Assembly (NCBI RefSeq): GCF_006345805.1 | Contig: NC_043005.1 | Location: 13,702,001 to 13,766,000, forward strand | From: Octopus sinensis | Lineage: Eukaryota | Length of the DNA: 64,000 bases | Direction: 5' to 3' | Part shown: in pieces, positions 12,772 to 25,095 of the stretch | How positions within the stretch are numbered: position 1 is the stretch's first letter | Layout: each line of letters starts with the position of its first letter | Notes under the pieces: model-generated | Told to the model about the DNA's origin: nothing | The model's input: only the letters and a program-made list of their open reading frames with translations | The model's database searches: none | Position numbers and translations under genes: made by a program

Positions 12772-13635
12772 CTAGCAAACGCACCCGTCCTTTGGACGGT
12801 TTTAGTTGCTTTCGTGGTATTTTTTTCACCAAAAAATTGAACTACCGAAAAGGTTTATGTGTAGCATGGCAATCTGTTTCCGATTAACCTAAGAACGGAA
12901 AATCAAATTGAAGGCTGGTTATTGTGGAGGTCGTTACACCTTGATTATCATAGAACATATAAGTTTGCAAGCGACGTAAAGTAGAGCTACTGAAGTGTTT
13001 TGGGAGTAGATTACGGATAATGACTACAAAATATATTTGTTTTACATGAAAGCGAAATTTCTTGTCAGAAACAGCCACATTAAATGGTGTAAGGAAATTG
13101 AAGGAAAATGTTGAACCTTCCCCTATGCGATTTTATTTTTTTCAGCAGCAAACGGAGCTATTTATTTTTCGGAGAGAAAAGCTAATAAAAGCCCCTTTAT
13201 TCTATCTTCCTACATAGTGTGCACATAAACTAACATCGAATACTGCATAAAGTTAAATTGGTATGGAGTTTCCTGAAAGATACGTATAGCTTTCGCTAGT
13301 GGAAGCAAAACTCTTATTTAAAAGTTGATTCTTTGGGACGAATCATATGTGAGTTTAAAAAAGGCTAGAATAACAATGCTAAAACCTATTTGAAACAATG
13401 GACAGCAGTCGAAATATCATAATGGCTGGGTAAAGAAGCATCCTTAAAGTGAAACAACGGTATCAAAGGTGAAAAAAAAAAAGGTATCAACAATCAGAAG
13501 AGAGGGAAGGGAACGTCACATTTCAAGTAACTCAGAATAGGTAAAGGTAAGTTTAATGCAGTTTCAATATGTAGATTAAAATAGTTTGGTATTGGATATT
13601 CATTAGGTATAGTTTTCCTAGTCAACTGAATCACC
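12772..13635 (-). mobile_element. Non-autonomous Helitron related to the element at 945-2730
   Basis: 3' end on minus: hairpin CCGTCC-AAA-GGACGG, then CTAG|T. 13180-13635 is homologous to 945-1197 plus 1610-1815. Confidence 0.8.
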
Positions 13636-13702
13636 GTTGTAAGTGGACAGCAGAAATAAATAGACGAAACCCTTTCACTTTTATAAAAAGACAAGCTGAA
13701 GG

Positions 13703-13760
13703 TGACCCGCTCTACGCGCGGGTAAGATTGTGGTTGTTACTTTCTGTTGCTTCCTTTCAG
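13703..13760 (-). mobile_element. Helitron-like 3' terminus fragment (hairpin ACCCGCGCGTAGAGCGGGT); second copy at 27250-27310 (+)
   Basis: Two copies share ~55 bp, including a GC-rich terminal hairpin followed by a degenerate CT(A/C)AG. Confidence 0.5.
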
Positions 13761-13761
13761 C

Positions 13762-14074
13762 ACGTAAAAAGCACCATCCAAACGTGGCCGATTGCAGCGC
13801 CGCCTTGACTGGCTTCTGTGCCGGTGGCACGTAAAAAGCACCAACCGATCGTGGCCGCTTCCAGCCCCCCTGGCACCTGTGCGGCGGCACGAAAAAAGCA
13901 CCTACTACGCTCATAGAGTGGTTGGCGTTAGGAAGGGCATCCACCTGTAGAAACACTGCCAGATCAGACTGGAGCCTGGTGCAGCCTCCTGGCTTCCCAG
14001 GCCCCGGTTAAACTGTCCAACCCGTGCTAGCTCGGAAAACGGACGTTAAACGATGATGATGATGATGATGATGA
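13762..14074 (+). mobile_element. SINE family E, 3' portion with internal GGCACGTAAAAAGCACC repeats and (ATG)n tail
   Basis: Three ggcacg(t/a)aaaaagcacc units, then GGTTGGCGTTAGGAAGGGCATCC...CCAACCCGTGCTAGC..GAAAACGGACGTTAAACGATGATG. Confidence 0.7.
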
Positions 14075-14396
14075 TTCTCCCTCTTTGTTTTTCTCTCCTT
14101 TCTCTCTCACTTTCCCCACTCTCTTACTCTTCCTTTCTCTCGGACTCTCCCTCGCTTTCTCTTACTCTCTATCTTTATCTGTCTCTCTCCCATTTATAAA
14201 CAACAAAAGATCTTGAGTAAGTTGAGAAATAAAATATTTAGAAAGATCAATCATAAATATAAGGCAGTAACAACGGAAAGGTCTGCTTCAAGGCAGACAG
14301 CAAAACACTAACATTTAAAAGGAACAGACGAACTTGCGAGCTGAATAAAAATAATAAAATATTGGAAACCAAAGATTGAAGGGATAGAATGTGAGG

Positions 14397-14651
14397 ATAG
14401 TAGAGTCACCATGGCTGGCATTTGTTAACGACGGACAGCAACGTTTTGACAGTTTAACGGCTGGCGTAAAATTTGGAACATGATGTAAAAGAAAATCCCT
14501 AAACACCAAGTTTTGAAGTGATTCTTTCTCACGACAGTAGACTCACCATGGCAAGCATTCAAAACTTCTTCATCATGGACGGCAACACATTGACGATTAA
14601 AAGGCTGGCGCAAATTTTTTAGTTTGATGTAACAGAGAATTGCTAAACACC
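14397..14651. repeat. Diverged ~135-bp tandem duplication inside a probable non-autonomous Helitron-like element (~14270-15325)
   Basis: agtagaNtcaccatggc...ggctggcg.aaattt...gatgtaa.ag.aa...ctaaacacc occurs twice. Confidence 0.5.
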
Positions 14652-14872
14652 CGCTCCTTTAAATTTTAATCCCCTTCCAGCCCCATTTCACATTTTGGTT
14701 AATATAACCCGATTTCATTCGGGTGTACTGGGGCCACATTTTATAAGATGAGGAATTTTGTCCTAGCGGTCACGCCTTTCATTTGAGGAAAAAAAATAGT
14801 TGTCATGCAAACTTGCCAGCACTTTTAACATAGGTCTGCATATTTTCAGCTCAACCGACCACATAATGCACA

Positions 14873-14968
<96 letters not shown>

Positions 14969-15323
14969 AGTGTGTGTGTGTGTTGGAGTCTCTCTCATAC
15001 GTGAGCGTTGACGCTGAATTCGACTGGTAAGCAGCTAACCTTGTCTTTGTTGAAATAGTTGTGAGCTGCTGGAGTTATTTCTCTGACGGGTAATAGGAAT
15101 TACACAAACGTAGAGGGACTCTGGGACCCCTTGAATCGATAAAAAAATCACTCTTTTTGCCATAGCAACCACATCTTTATAGTTTGCGAATTTTAACCAT
15201 CGCGGGTCTCATCCCCACCACGCATTTAGTATCCCTGCCAATTTTCAGCTCGATCCTAGCCTCGGTTTGGCCGCCATTAACCGTCAAAGCAAAATGTGCA
15301 TACAATTTTCGTCCAAAGCCTGC

Positions 15324-15359
<36 letters not shown>

Positions 15360-15530
15360 TATATATTATATATATATATATATATATTATTTTTGGACTA
15401 ATGGGTATATGTAGATTAGTGTGTTGATGTGTTGAGTAGAGCACTGGCACAGTTTAGGCTACTTGGTGTCATCCGCAGTCGGGGTATATTTCCATTGGAT
15501 CTACTTCAGGAACTCCGCAGTGTTAGTTGA

Positions 15531-15685
15531 GATAATGATTATCGATTAAGTAACCAGAAGATATATTTATAGATTTGGTATTAATCTTTATTTTGTACAA
15601 CGATCATTTGGGTCGAAACGTTCGTTGCACAAGATAAAGATTAATACTACATCCATCTTCTGATTACTAAATCAATTATCATTAT
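15531..15685. repeat. Imperfect foldback (PLE pLTR-like) with loop remnant GGTCGAAACGT
   Basis: ttaatctttattttgtacaacga / tcgttgcacaagataaagattaa core, extendable to ~70-bp arms. Confidence 0.65.
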
Positions 15686-15804
15686 ACATATACATACATA
15701 CATACACACATACACCACCCCCACACACACATATGATTGCTTTATCTTGACAGATGATAGCCGTCCCATCAACACACATCTCCACACCCCATCACACAGT
15801 ACAA

Positions 15805-16310
15805 TCACTTCGTTGATGAGCCCTTTAGATGACTTTTAAAACCAGCTGCTGACTGACAGGGCTTAAAACACAAGAGACAGATATTATTCAAGTTTCTTCT
15901 ATAGTTTTACTCTTTGGAATCTGATTCTGAAGCAATGTTTTTGCGAACTAGCATGTCTTTTTAAATCCAGATATTGTCTTACAAGTTTTTTGACAAATTA
16001 CACAAGTTGCAAGAGAGGGTTGGTATCCAAGATCATTACCTATGTGGGCATTACGATTTTCATGTGACTTCATATGATTCACATATCCCGCTTATGACAA
16101 CAGAACACGTCACATGTAACACATATCCAGTGTTCCTCTGCGACAGGCCCTTTTAAGTTCAGAGTGCTGAATCATCTTTTCCTCTCAAGCATTGCAACCA
16201 GTCCTAACAGCACCTCTCCACTTGTTCTGATGTAGAACATCATTTTCCCAATCACTTTTGTTCATATCTAGTTCCTTCAGGTGTTCCTTCACACAGTCTT
16301 CATACCCTTC
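15805..16310 (-). mobile_element. RTE-clade LINE 3' end encoding three decayed C2H2 zinc fingers
   Basis: Minus: KGYEDCVKEHLKELDMNKSDWENDVLHQNKWRGAVRTG..EEK (RTE C-terminal pattern), then CVTC-x12-HMKSH, CVIC-x12-H and CLLC-x12-H(LRA)H after correcting single-base indels. Confidence 0.75.
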
Positions 16311-16403
16311 TATAAAATCCGTGGGTAAGGCCGGAACAATGCGAAATACACCCAACGCAAATCACAAGAAAACAGGCATATGAATTAATGGGGACTTACC
16401 CTG

Positions 16404-16440
16404 CATTCAATATTTCAGGGATGTAGCCCTTCTTCAAGAA
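16404..16440 (-). ncRNA. Minimal type-I hammerhead ribozyme (C3U variant)
   Basis: ATTC-TTGAAGA-AGGG(CTACAT)CCCT-GAA-ATAT-T-GAAT. Stem I ATTC/GAAT, stem II 4 bp, palindromic stem III ATAT, cleavage triplet AUU. Confidence 0.6.
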
Positions 16441-16573
16441 TTAGCCAATGTTGCAGATGTACATGTGTGTGAGAGGATAGAATGGAAATATACCCCAGCT
16501 GCGGATGATAACAGGTAGCACAAACCGTACCAGTGCTTTACTCACACACATGTACATCTGCAACATTCGCTAA
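16441..16573. repeat. 33-bp inverted repeat (1 mismatch); spacer homologous (inverted) to 15437-15493
   Basis: ttagccaatgttgcagatgtacatgtgtgtgag / ctcacacacatgtacatctgcaacattcgctaa. Confidence 0.8.
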
Positions 16574-16900
16574 TACCTGGGGAGCGTTACATTTGCAACG
16601 TTCATGCACTAGAAATACTAACCAAACTCCCTCAAATGACAGCCTAGCTTGTTTTAAGGGGAAAAGAAAGAAATTCACATTGAAAGGAATTCATATTGAA
16701 ATTCACAAGAAATTTCACATTGGATGATGTATATACAGTCAGAAATATAATAAGTGGAACAGTTACACCTGAAATGCTATCGAAATTAGTCTATTCAATG
16801 AAGACAGACAGTGGGGACAAAATAACAACAATAGCAAGAAAAGAATACAAAATGCAAAAAAAATGATAACGACAAGGCGGTGCTCCAGCATGACCGCAAT

Positions 16901-17293
16901 CTTGTCCTACGAAGAAAGGCTGAGGACGCTCGACCTTTGTTCTCTTGAAAAACGCCGCCGCCGTGGTGATCTCATTCTCGCCCACAACATCATAAGCGGA
17001 AGTGTAACCTCTCGAAAGAGCTGTTCTTCACTCCTGCTCCGGAGCGTCGGCTGCGGGGTCATTCCGAAAAGCTCTACCTGCGACGATTTCACCTCAATCG
17101 AAGGAGAGGAGCTTTCTCCGTCCGGGTTGCGGATCCGTGGAACAAGCTGCCAGACGAGATGGTGAAGATGCCGACGACCGCTTTGTTCAAAGCCTCCCTG
17201 GACCTCAAGTGGCCTGAACTCTTTACATGAACACCACCCTGTACTTAACTCCATGTCCCCCTACATGGCCTTGCTATTTGCTTTTGAGCCAAT

Positions 17294-17336
<43 letters not shown>
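16901..17336 (+). mobile_element. CR1 LINE 3' end with (CTAA)n tail, inserted in a SINE A 3' tail
   Basis: LSYEERLRTLDLCSLEKRRRRGDLILAH...FSVRVADPWNKLP..FKASLD. Flanks aaggcggtgctccagcatgaccgcaatc | aaatgactgaaa rejoin to the SINE A end. Confidence 0.9.
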
Positions 17337-17632
17337 ATGACTGAAATAAATAAAAGATAAAAAAAAAGACTTTTTTTTAGCTTTTGTTGTAAAGTAGATG
17401 TCGCACTACAATGTAAAACCCAATCGTTTTTATGTCCAAAACCATAAGGCCCTACACTTTCAGAAGAGATAAGTTGAGAGATGGGGAGTGACTGTATTCA
17501 CGTCTTTTCTAAATAAATAAATAAATAAATTTGATCACAGTTAGAAATGTTAAAAGCAATTGTTCTCAACCAAGGTTCATACGACCCCTGGGGGTCCTTA
17601 TAAAATGTTAAAATCTATCTGCAAAAAAGTCT

Positions 17633-18034
17633 CTTACTCTTCATCCTTTTACTTGTTTCAGTCATTTGACTGTGGCCATGCTGTAGCACCACCTTTAGTC
17701 GATGGAACAAATCGACCCCACGACTTATTCTTTGTAAGCTTAGTACTTATTCTATCGGTCTCTTTTGCCGAACCGCTACGCTACGGAAACGTAAACACAC
17801 CAGCATCGGTTGTCAAGCGATGTTGGGAGTACAAACACAGACACACAAACACACACATACACATATATATACAACGGGCTTCTTTCAGTTTCCGTCTACC
17901 AAATCCACTCACAAGGCTTTGGTCGGCCCGAGGCTATAGTAGAAGACACTTGCCCAAGGTGCCACGCAGTGGGACTGAACCCGGAACCATGTGGTTGGTA
18001 AGCAAGATACTTACCACACAGCCACTCCTACGCC
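17633..18034 (-). mobile_element. SINE family A, full length
   Basis: Family consensus match. Confidence 0.95.
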
Positions 18035-18552
18035 TATAGTGGGTATATTTCTATAATTCTTTTATTCTTTTATTCTTGGGGCTAAATGCAGTTTCGCACC
18101 TCTCCTTGAAAAATGCATTTTTTTGAAAATATTTTTTCGGATTCCTACGTTTTAGATGACGGAGATTACGAATCAGCAAAAAAATTAAAGGAATTTTTTT
18201 TATTTCAACTCCTCCCCCCCCCCACACACATACACAATTTAAAATCTTGAACTTTATCCGATTTTTTTTTTAAACCACCTTTTCCAAATTTAAAATGCCT
18301 ACCTCAACCACCCCTTCTCCCAAATTAGAAATTTTTCAAATTTCACTGCCGCCTCTCCGGCGGACCCCACTCACAGTCACCCCCACATTCAAACACACAC
18401 AGACGCAGACACAAAAACGGACAGTTCCAATTTTCTTTTGTTTTTCAGTGGGATCATATATTTTCTATGACAGAAATTTCGAATATGCAAGAAACCACGT
18501 TTTCAAAATTTTAAATTCAATAAGCATATAGATATGTGTACAAAGAGATAAA

Positions 18553-19191
<639 letters not shown>

Positions 19192-19338
19192 TGAATAAAC
19201 GGATAGGGATAAATAGATAGACAGACAAATAAATAAATGATTGAAAAAGTTTTACGATTATTTAAGGCAAACACAAGTAAAACGCAACTTCTTTTCCCTT
19301 TAATGTTTTTGTCTATATTTAATTTCGATTTGCATATA

Positions 19339-19509
19339 GGCGTAGGAGTGGCTGTGTGGTAATGTGGTAAGTAGATTGCTTACCAACCACATAATTCCGG
19401 GTTCAGTCCCACTGCGTGGCACTTTGGGCGAGTGTCTTCTACTATAACCTCGAGTCGACCAAAGCCTTGTGAGTGGATTTGGTAGACGGAAACTGAAAGA
19501 AGCCCGTCG

Positions 19510-19548
<39 letters not shown>

Positions 19549-19755
19549 GTATGTGTATGTATATGTTAGTGTGTCACCCCAAGATCGCTCGACAACCGAT
19601 ACTGATGTGCTTACGTCCCCGTAACTTAGCGGTTCGGCAAAAGAGACCGATAGAATAAGTACTAGGCTTACAAAGAATAAGTCGTGGGGTCGATTTGTTC
19701 GATCGACTAAAGGCAGTGCTGCAGCATGGCCACAGTCAAATGACTGAAACAAGTA
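19339..19755 (+). mobile_element. SINE family A, full length
   Basis: Family consensus match. Confidence 0.9.
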
Positions 19756-20116
19756 TTCGCTACAATCTCTACAAAGAAAACAAAATCAAAATTTTTAATT
19801 CGTGGGGAGGTGGAGGCGAAATCTAAAAAAAAAATAAACTTTTTTTGGCATATCTCCGACATCTAAAACGTAGGAATCCGGAACAAATATTTTTCAAAAA
19901 AATGCATTTTTCAAGGAGAGGTGTGAAACTGCATTTAGCCCCCAGGCTAGAAAAAGAAAATGAAAAATATATAAACCTTCTCTAACGTGAAGCAAAGTAT
20001 TTTGATTAAACAAACTCAGAGTTTGGAATTCTATCAGAGACCGCTTCAGATTCAAAAGTTTCACAGTCGTTTGAACTGCTACACTTAACAACCGATTACT
20101 TTGCAAATGATACCCA

Positions 20117-20337
20117 TTTCTTTACTACCCACAAGGGGCTAAACACAGAGGGGACAAACAAGGACAGACAAACGGATTAAGTCGAATACATCGATCCCCA
20201 GTGCGTAACTGGTACTTAATTTATCGACCCCGAAAGGATGAAAGGCAAAGTCGACCTCGGCGGAATTTGAACTCAGAACGGAACGGCAGACGAAATACAG
20301 CCACGCATTTCGCCCGGCATGCTAACGATTCTGCCAG
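20117..20337 (-). mobile_element. SINE family B, long tail
   Basis: Family consensus match. Confidence 0.9.
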
Positions 20338-20799
20338 AATTATACACCTACACATGCAGAAAATGACACAAAGGATATGATTTCGCATTACACTGAGCAT
20401 TTTGAAGAGACAGAATATTCACAGCAAGATATATATTTGCAAGAATATATTTGATTGTACGTCTGTTTTAATCAGGGCTCACCTGTAGCTAAAACGTAAT
20501 AATAAATTTGACAAAAGGAGTTTATGTCGGGGTTTGTTACTTTTTTAAATATAGTTATTATTTTGTTGTTACTGTTAGTCTGTTATTTTTCTAACCTACT
20601 TACTTTTCTCTGCAATCCGGTAAAAAAATCCCGTATATTTTCAATTTCGTTACGGTAAAAATCCCAAAGGAAAACTGAACAAAATAATAATCAAAGTTTT
20701 TTGACTTCAGACGGCAGTGACGACGTCGAAAGTGGTGACGGTAATGACGAGAACCGTTGTCCTAATTACACTGGAACTGGTTATTGTCATAATGTTATT

Positions 20800-21015
20800 G
20801 TTGTTGCTGTTATTGTTATTGTTACTGTTGGTGATGGTGGTGAAGTAGTAGTAGTAGTAGTAGTAGTGGCGGTGGTGGTGGTGGTGGTGGTGGTGGTGGT
20901 GATCGCAGTGACGGTAGTAGTAGTAACAGTAGTAGTAGTAGTAGTGGTGTTGATCGCAGTGACGGTAGTAGTAGTAGTGGCGGTGGTGGTAGTGTTGATC
21001 ACAGTGACGGTAGTT

Positions 21016-21049
<34 letters not shown>

Positions 21050-21084
21050 CGGTGGTGGTAGTGTTGATCGCAGTGACGGTAGTT

Positions 21085-21115
<31 letters not shown>

Positions 21116-21225
21116 CGGTGGTGGTGGTGGTGGTGGTGTTGATCGCAGTGACGGTAGTAGTAGTAATAGTAGTAGTAGTAGTGGCGGTGGTGGTGGTGTT
21201 GATCGCAGTGACGGTAGTAGTAGTA

Positions 21226-21271
<46 letters not shown>

Positions 21272-21830
21272 GGTGGTAGTGGTGGTGGTGGTGGTGGTGG
21301 TGGTGGCAATGTTATTGCGGTAGTAGAAGAGGGCGATACCGGTAGCGGTGGTGTGGGCTTTTGGTATTTGTATGGGTGTTAAGTGTTGATATTGATGAAA
21401 AGAGTGGTAGCATTAGAGATTCAAGTGGTGGTGGTGGTGGTGGTGATAGTAGCGGTTGTGGTGGTAGTAGTTGTTGTGATACGGGTGCCTCATGGAACAA
21501 CAGTGGTGAGAATAATAAATAAGAGTAGTAGTGGTAGAAGTACAGGTAATTGCAGTCGTGGTGGAAGCGCTGGTAGACGCGACGGCGGTGTATAATGTAG
21601 GATGAAAATTTACAAAGATCTGATTGTTAACTTATATAAAACCGAGATGTGACCAATGCGATCGTGATGAAAGAACAGCAGTGGTGACTTAGATAGCGGT
21701 GGCGGAGTCGGCGATGGCGGTAGTGGTGGTGGTGGTGGTGGTGCTGGTGGTGGTGCTGGTGGTGGTGCTGGTGGTGGTGCTGGTGGTGGTGCTGGTGGTG
21801 GTGGTGGAGCTGGTGGTGGAAGGAATTCTT
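20800..21830. repeat. Compound (GTA)n/(GTG)n array with higher-order unit anchored by GATCGCAGTGACGGTAG (6 copies, 20901-21217)
   Basis: Anchors at ~20901, 20953, 20997, 21066, 21141 and 21201. (GTGGTGCTG)-type repeat at 21720-21815. Confidence 0.9.
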
Positions 21831-21877
21831 ATTGTGGTCAGTGGTGTTGGTGGAAATAGATGTAGCGTAGCTGGTGT

Positions 21878-22193
21878 TGGGCGTTGTGAGTGTTTATTGA
21901 GCGAAAACACCTAAAAAAGCTCCACAAGGCTCCGGCAGGGGGTGGTGGTGATCCCTGCTGTACTCTTTCACCACAACTTTCTCTCACTCTTACTTCCTGT
22001 TTCTGTTGTACCTGTATTTCAAAGGGCCGGCCTTGTCACTCTCTGTGTCACGCTGAATATCCCCGAGAACTACGTTGAGGGCACACGTGTCTGTGGAGTG
22101 CTCAGCCACTTACACGTTAATTTCACGAGCAGGCTGTTCCGTTGATTCGGATCAACCGGAACCCTCGTCGTCGTAACCGACGGAGTGCTTCCA
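21878..22193 (+). mobile_element. SINE family C, 5'-truncated
   Basis: Matches the copies at 33298, 36918 and 48563. Confidence 0.9.
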
Positions 22194-22234
22194 TCCATAT
22201 AACGATGGTGCTGTTTAGCTCTAGGTCAGCCCAG

Positions 22235-22375
22235 CATCTATGAATAATACCTGTTTTCCGCCGAGGTCGACTTCGCCTTTCATCCTTTCGGAGTCGATAA
22301 ATTAAGTACCAGTTGCGTACTGGAGTCGATCTAATCGACTGGCCCATCCCCCAAAATTTCGGGCCTTGTACCTAA
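22235..22375 (-). mobile_element. SINE family B fragment, short tail
   Basis: Contains the core on both local orientations; tail ccccaaaatttcgggccttgt. Confidence 0.7.
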
Positions 22376-22459
22376 TAATACCTGTTTCTTTTTTTTTTTC
22401 TCTTTTTTTTTTTTATATCTCACCCTAGACAGTCAGGGGTGCATTATTCGTAGCATCAA

Positions 22460-23045
22460 GGCGGCGAGCTGGCAGAAACGTTAGCACGCCGGGCGAAATG
22501 CGTAGCCGTATTTCATCTGCCGTTACGTTCTGAGTTCAAATTCCGCCGAGGTCGACTTTGCCTTTCATCCTTTCGGGGTTGATAAATTAAGTACCAGTTA
22601 CGCACTGGGGTCGATGTAATCGACTTAATCTGTTTGTCTGTCCTTGTTTGTCCCCTCTGTGTTTAGCCCCTTGTGGGTAGTAAAGAAATACGTATTTCGT
22701 CTGCCGTTACGTTCTGAGTTCAAATTCCGCCGAGGTTGACTTTGCCTTTCATCCTTTCGGGGTCAATAAATTAAGTACCATTTACGCACTGGAGTCGATG
22801 TAATCGACTTAATCTGTTTGTCTGTCCTTGTTTGTCCTCTCTGTGTTTAGCCCCTTGTGGGTAGTAAAGAAATATGTATTCCGCCCGTCGCTACGTTCTG
22901 AGGTCAAATCTGCCGAAGTCGACTTCGCCTTTCATCCTTTCGGGGTCGATAAATTGAGTACCAGTGAAATTTTGGGGTCAACGTAATCGACTAATCCCCT
23001 CCCCCAAAAACTGCAGGCCTCGTGCTTATAATAGAAAGGATTATT
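22460..23045 (+). mobile_element. SINE B multimer: head plus three 184-bp bodies
   Basis: Units start at GTATT(T/C)C at 22508, 22692 and 22876. The last unit has the alternative short tail. Confidence 0.9.
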
Positions 23046-23107
23046 TGTAGCATTGTAACGCGCCCCACCCCTACCCGCTTCTGACAAATCAAGGCACTGG
23101 GTCCAAT

Positions 23108-23700
23108 GTGCTGGCAGAATCGTTAGCACGCCGGGCAAAATGCTGAGCGGTATTTCGTCTGCCGTTACGTTCTGAGTTCAAATTCCACCGAGGTTGACTT
23201 TGCCTTTCATCCTTTCGGGGTCGATTAAATAAGAACCAGTTACGTACTGGGGTCGAGGTAATCACTTAATCCGTTTGTCCGTCCTTGTTTGTCATCTCTG
23301 TGTTTAGCCCCTTGTGGGTAGTAAAAAAATAGGTATTTCCACTGCCGCTACGTTCTGAGTTCAAATTCCGCCGAGGTCAACTTTGCCTTTCATCCTTTCG
23401 GGGTCGATTAAATAAGTACCAGTTACCCACTGGGGTCGATGTAATCGACTTAATCCGTTTGTCCGTCCTTGTTTGTCATCTCTGTGTTTAGCCCCTTGTG
23501 GGTAGTAAAGAAATAGGTATTTCCACTGCCGTTTCGTTCTGAGTTCAAATTCCACCGAGGTCGATTTTGCTTTTCATCCTTTCGGGGTCGATTAAATAAG
23601 TACCAGTTACGCACTGAGGCTTGATGTAATCCACTTAATCTCTTTGTCTATCCTTGTTAATCTCCTCTACGTTTAGCTCCCGGTGGGCAATAAAGAAATA
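23108..23700 (+). mobile_element. SINE B multimer: head plus three ~184-bp bodies
   Basis: Units start at 23150, 23333 and 23517. Confidence 0.9.
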
Positions 23701-24684
23701 AATATTTATTTATTGACAGCAACCCACTGCATACCTAGATCATAATTGTCCCCTACACTCGTGAAGGACCAGCATAACAGCTCATTGTACCCATGCATTA
23801 AGACATCACTGTCTACTACCTACAACCTTAGATGAATATAATTGACCTTCATTATTGAAGACAGAATGGTGTTATTTGAAGGAGATTTGGTTGTCTACGC
23901 AAATAAATTCCTTATTGAGTGTTCAGCATCAGTTGAGGTAGTGGTACTCACGGCACGTTTGCAATTGTGAGGATGACGTTGGGCCTGCATCTGGGGTTAT
24001 GGTGTTGTAGCTGTTGTAAACTCTAGTTTAATCTCTGAATGAATAGACCTTTGTCGAGCCATGAGGTGGCCATCCATTTTTCTAGCCTATATAGGACTAC
24101 GCACTTTGTTACACTAAAACAGTATTTCAAAACTTGAGGGAAGATCTCCCGGCTATCTCTAGTAGGTCAAGCAACTACGTAGAAGTTCTCCGATGTGCGT
24201 ATAGTGGTCGAGGGCTGCGGTGGTGGTGGTGGTGGTGGTGGTGGTGGTGATGGTACAAATTATGATGGTAACGGTATGTCTTATAGCTATAGAAACATCG
24301 GCAGTGGTGGTGACAATGTCAGTGTAGTGGGACGATGGTGACGATAAGTGTTGATGATATCAGTCACGACAGTGACATTGGTGATGGTGGTGGTGATGGT
24401 GGTGATGATGGTGGTGATGGCGGCATAGTGAAAGTATGTATTTAGTAGCATTAATGTATTTTATGGGTAGTGTATGCCTGTGAGTGGTGGTGGTGGTGGT
24501 GGGTGATTATTTTGGTGACGAAGAAAAAAAAAAGGTCGGGGACAAAATAGCAATATAAACCGGTCTGTCAGGTAGAGTTGTTCGTATGGATGATAGAAGC
24601 TGTGTATTCAGTAAGCTCGATGTATGAGTGTGTGTTTATGTACATGACCTTTTGATTGTTTGTTTGTTTGTCTTTTTGCTTATT

Positions 24685-24729
<45 letters not shown>

Positions 24730-25095
24730 TGTGTGAGTGTTCATGCGCATGTAATTGAGTCAAAAGTTTCTTTTTACAAATTATTATTATCAACTAAACA
24801 TTAAACTTTATACACATATATAAAATCATTTAAAATATTTATATAGATTCTATCCACACCACATTTTCAAGCACCTACTTAACTGTTGATTTTTAATGCA
24901 GGAAACGGCCCTGACTATTTTACCCCAGTTGTTCTGTATAGTAACATACATGGGGAAACACGGCCACAACGCCAAAGGCACTGTACCTACAAATAATTAG
25001 AAACATTAGGCAGTCTTGGTCTTGGATTTCGTCTGTGTATTTACCTACATTGTCCCTCTCATTGTGTCAATGCCAATTTAATTATGAACAAATTT

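Noticed and set aside
22460-23700. CRISPR-like appearance of regular repeats (also 775-878 and 20901-21217)
   Set aside because: No unique spacers of constant length, no cas genes, eukaryotic context; units are SINE bodies or minisatellites.
23760-24200. Possible RTE RT C-terminal fossil on minus (VVLYRLEKWMAT..LDKGL)
   Set aside because: Similarity is limited to one short motif; too decayed to call. The same applies to 41620-42050 and 5560-5760.
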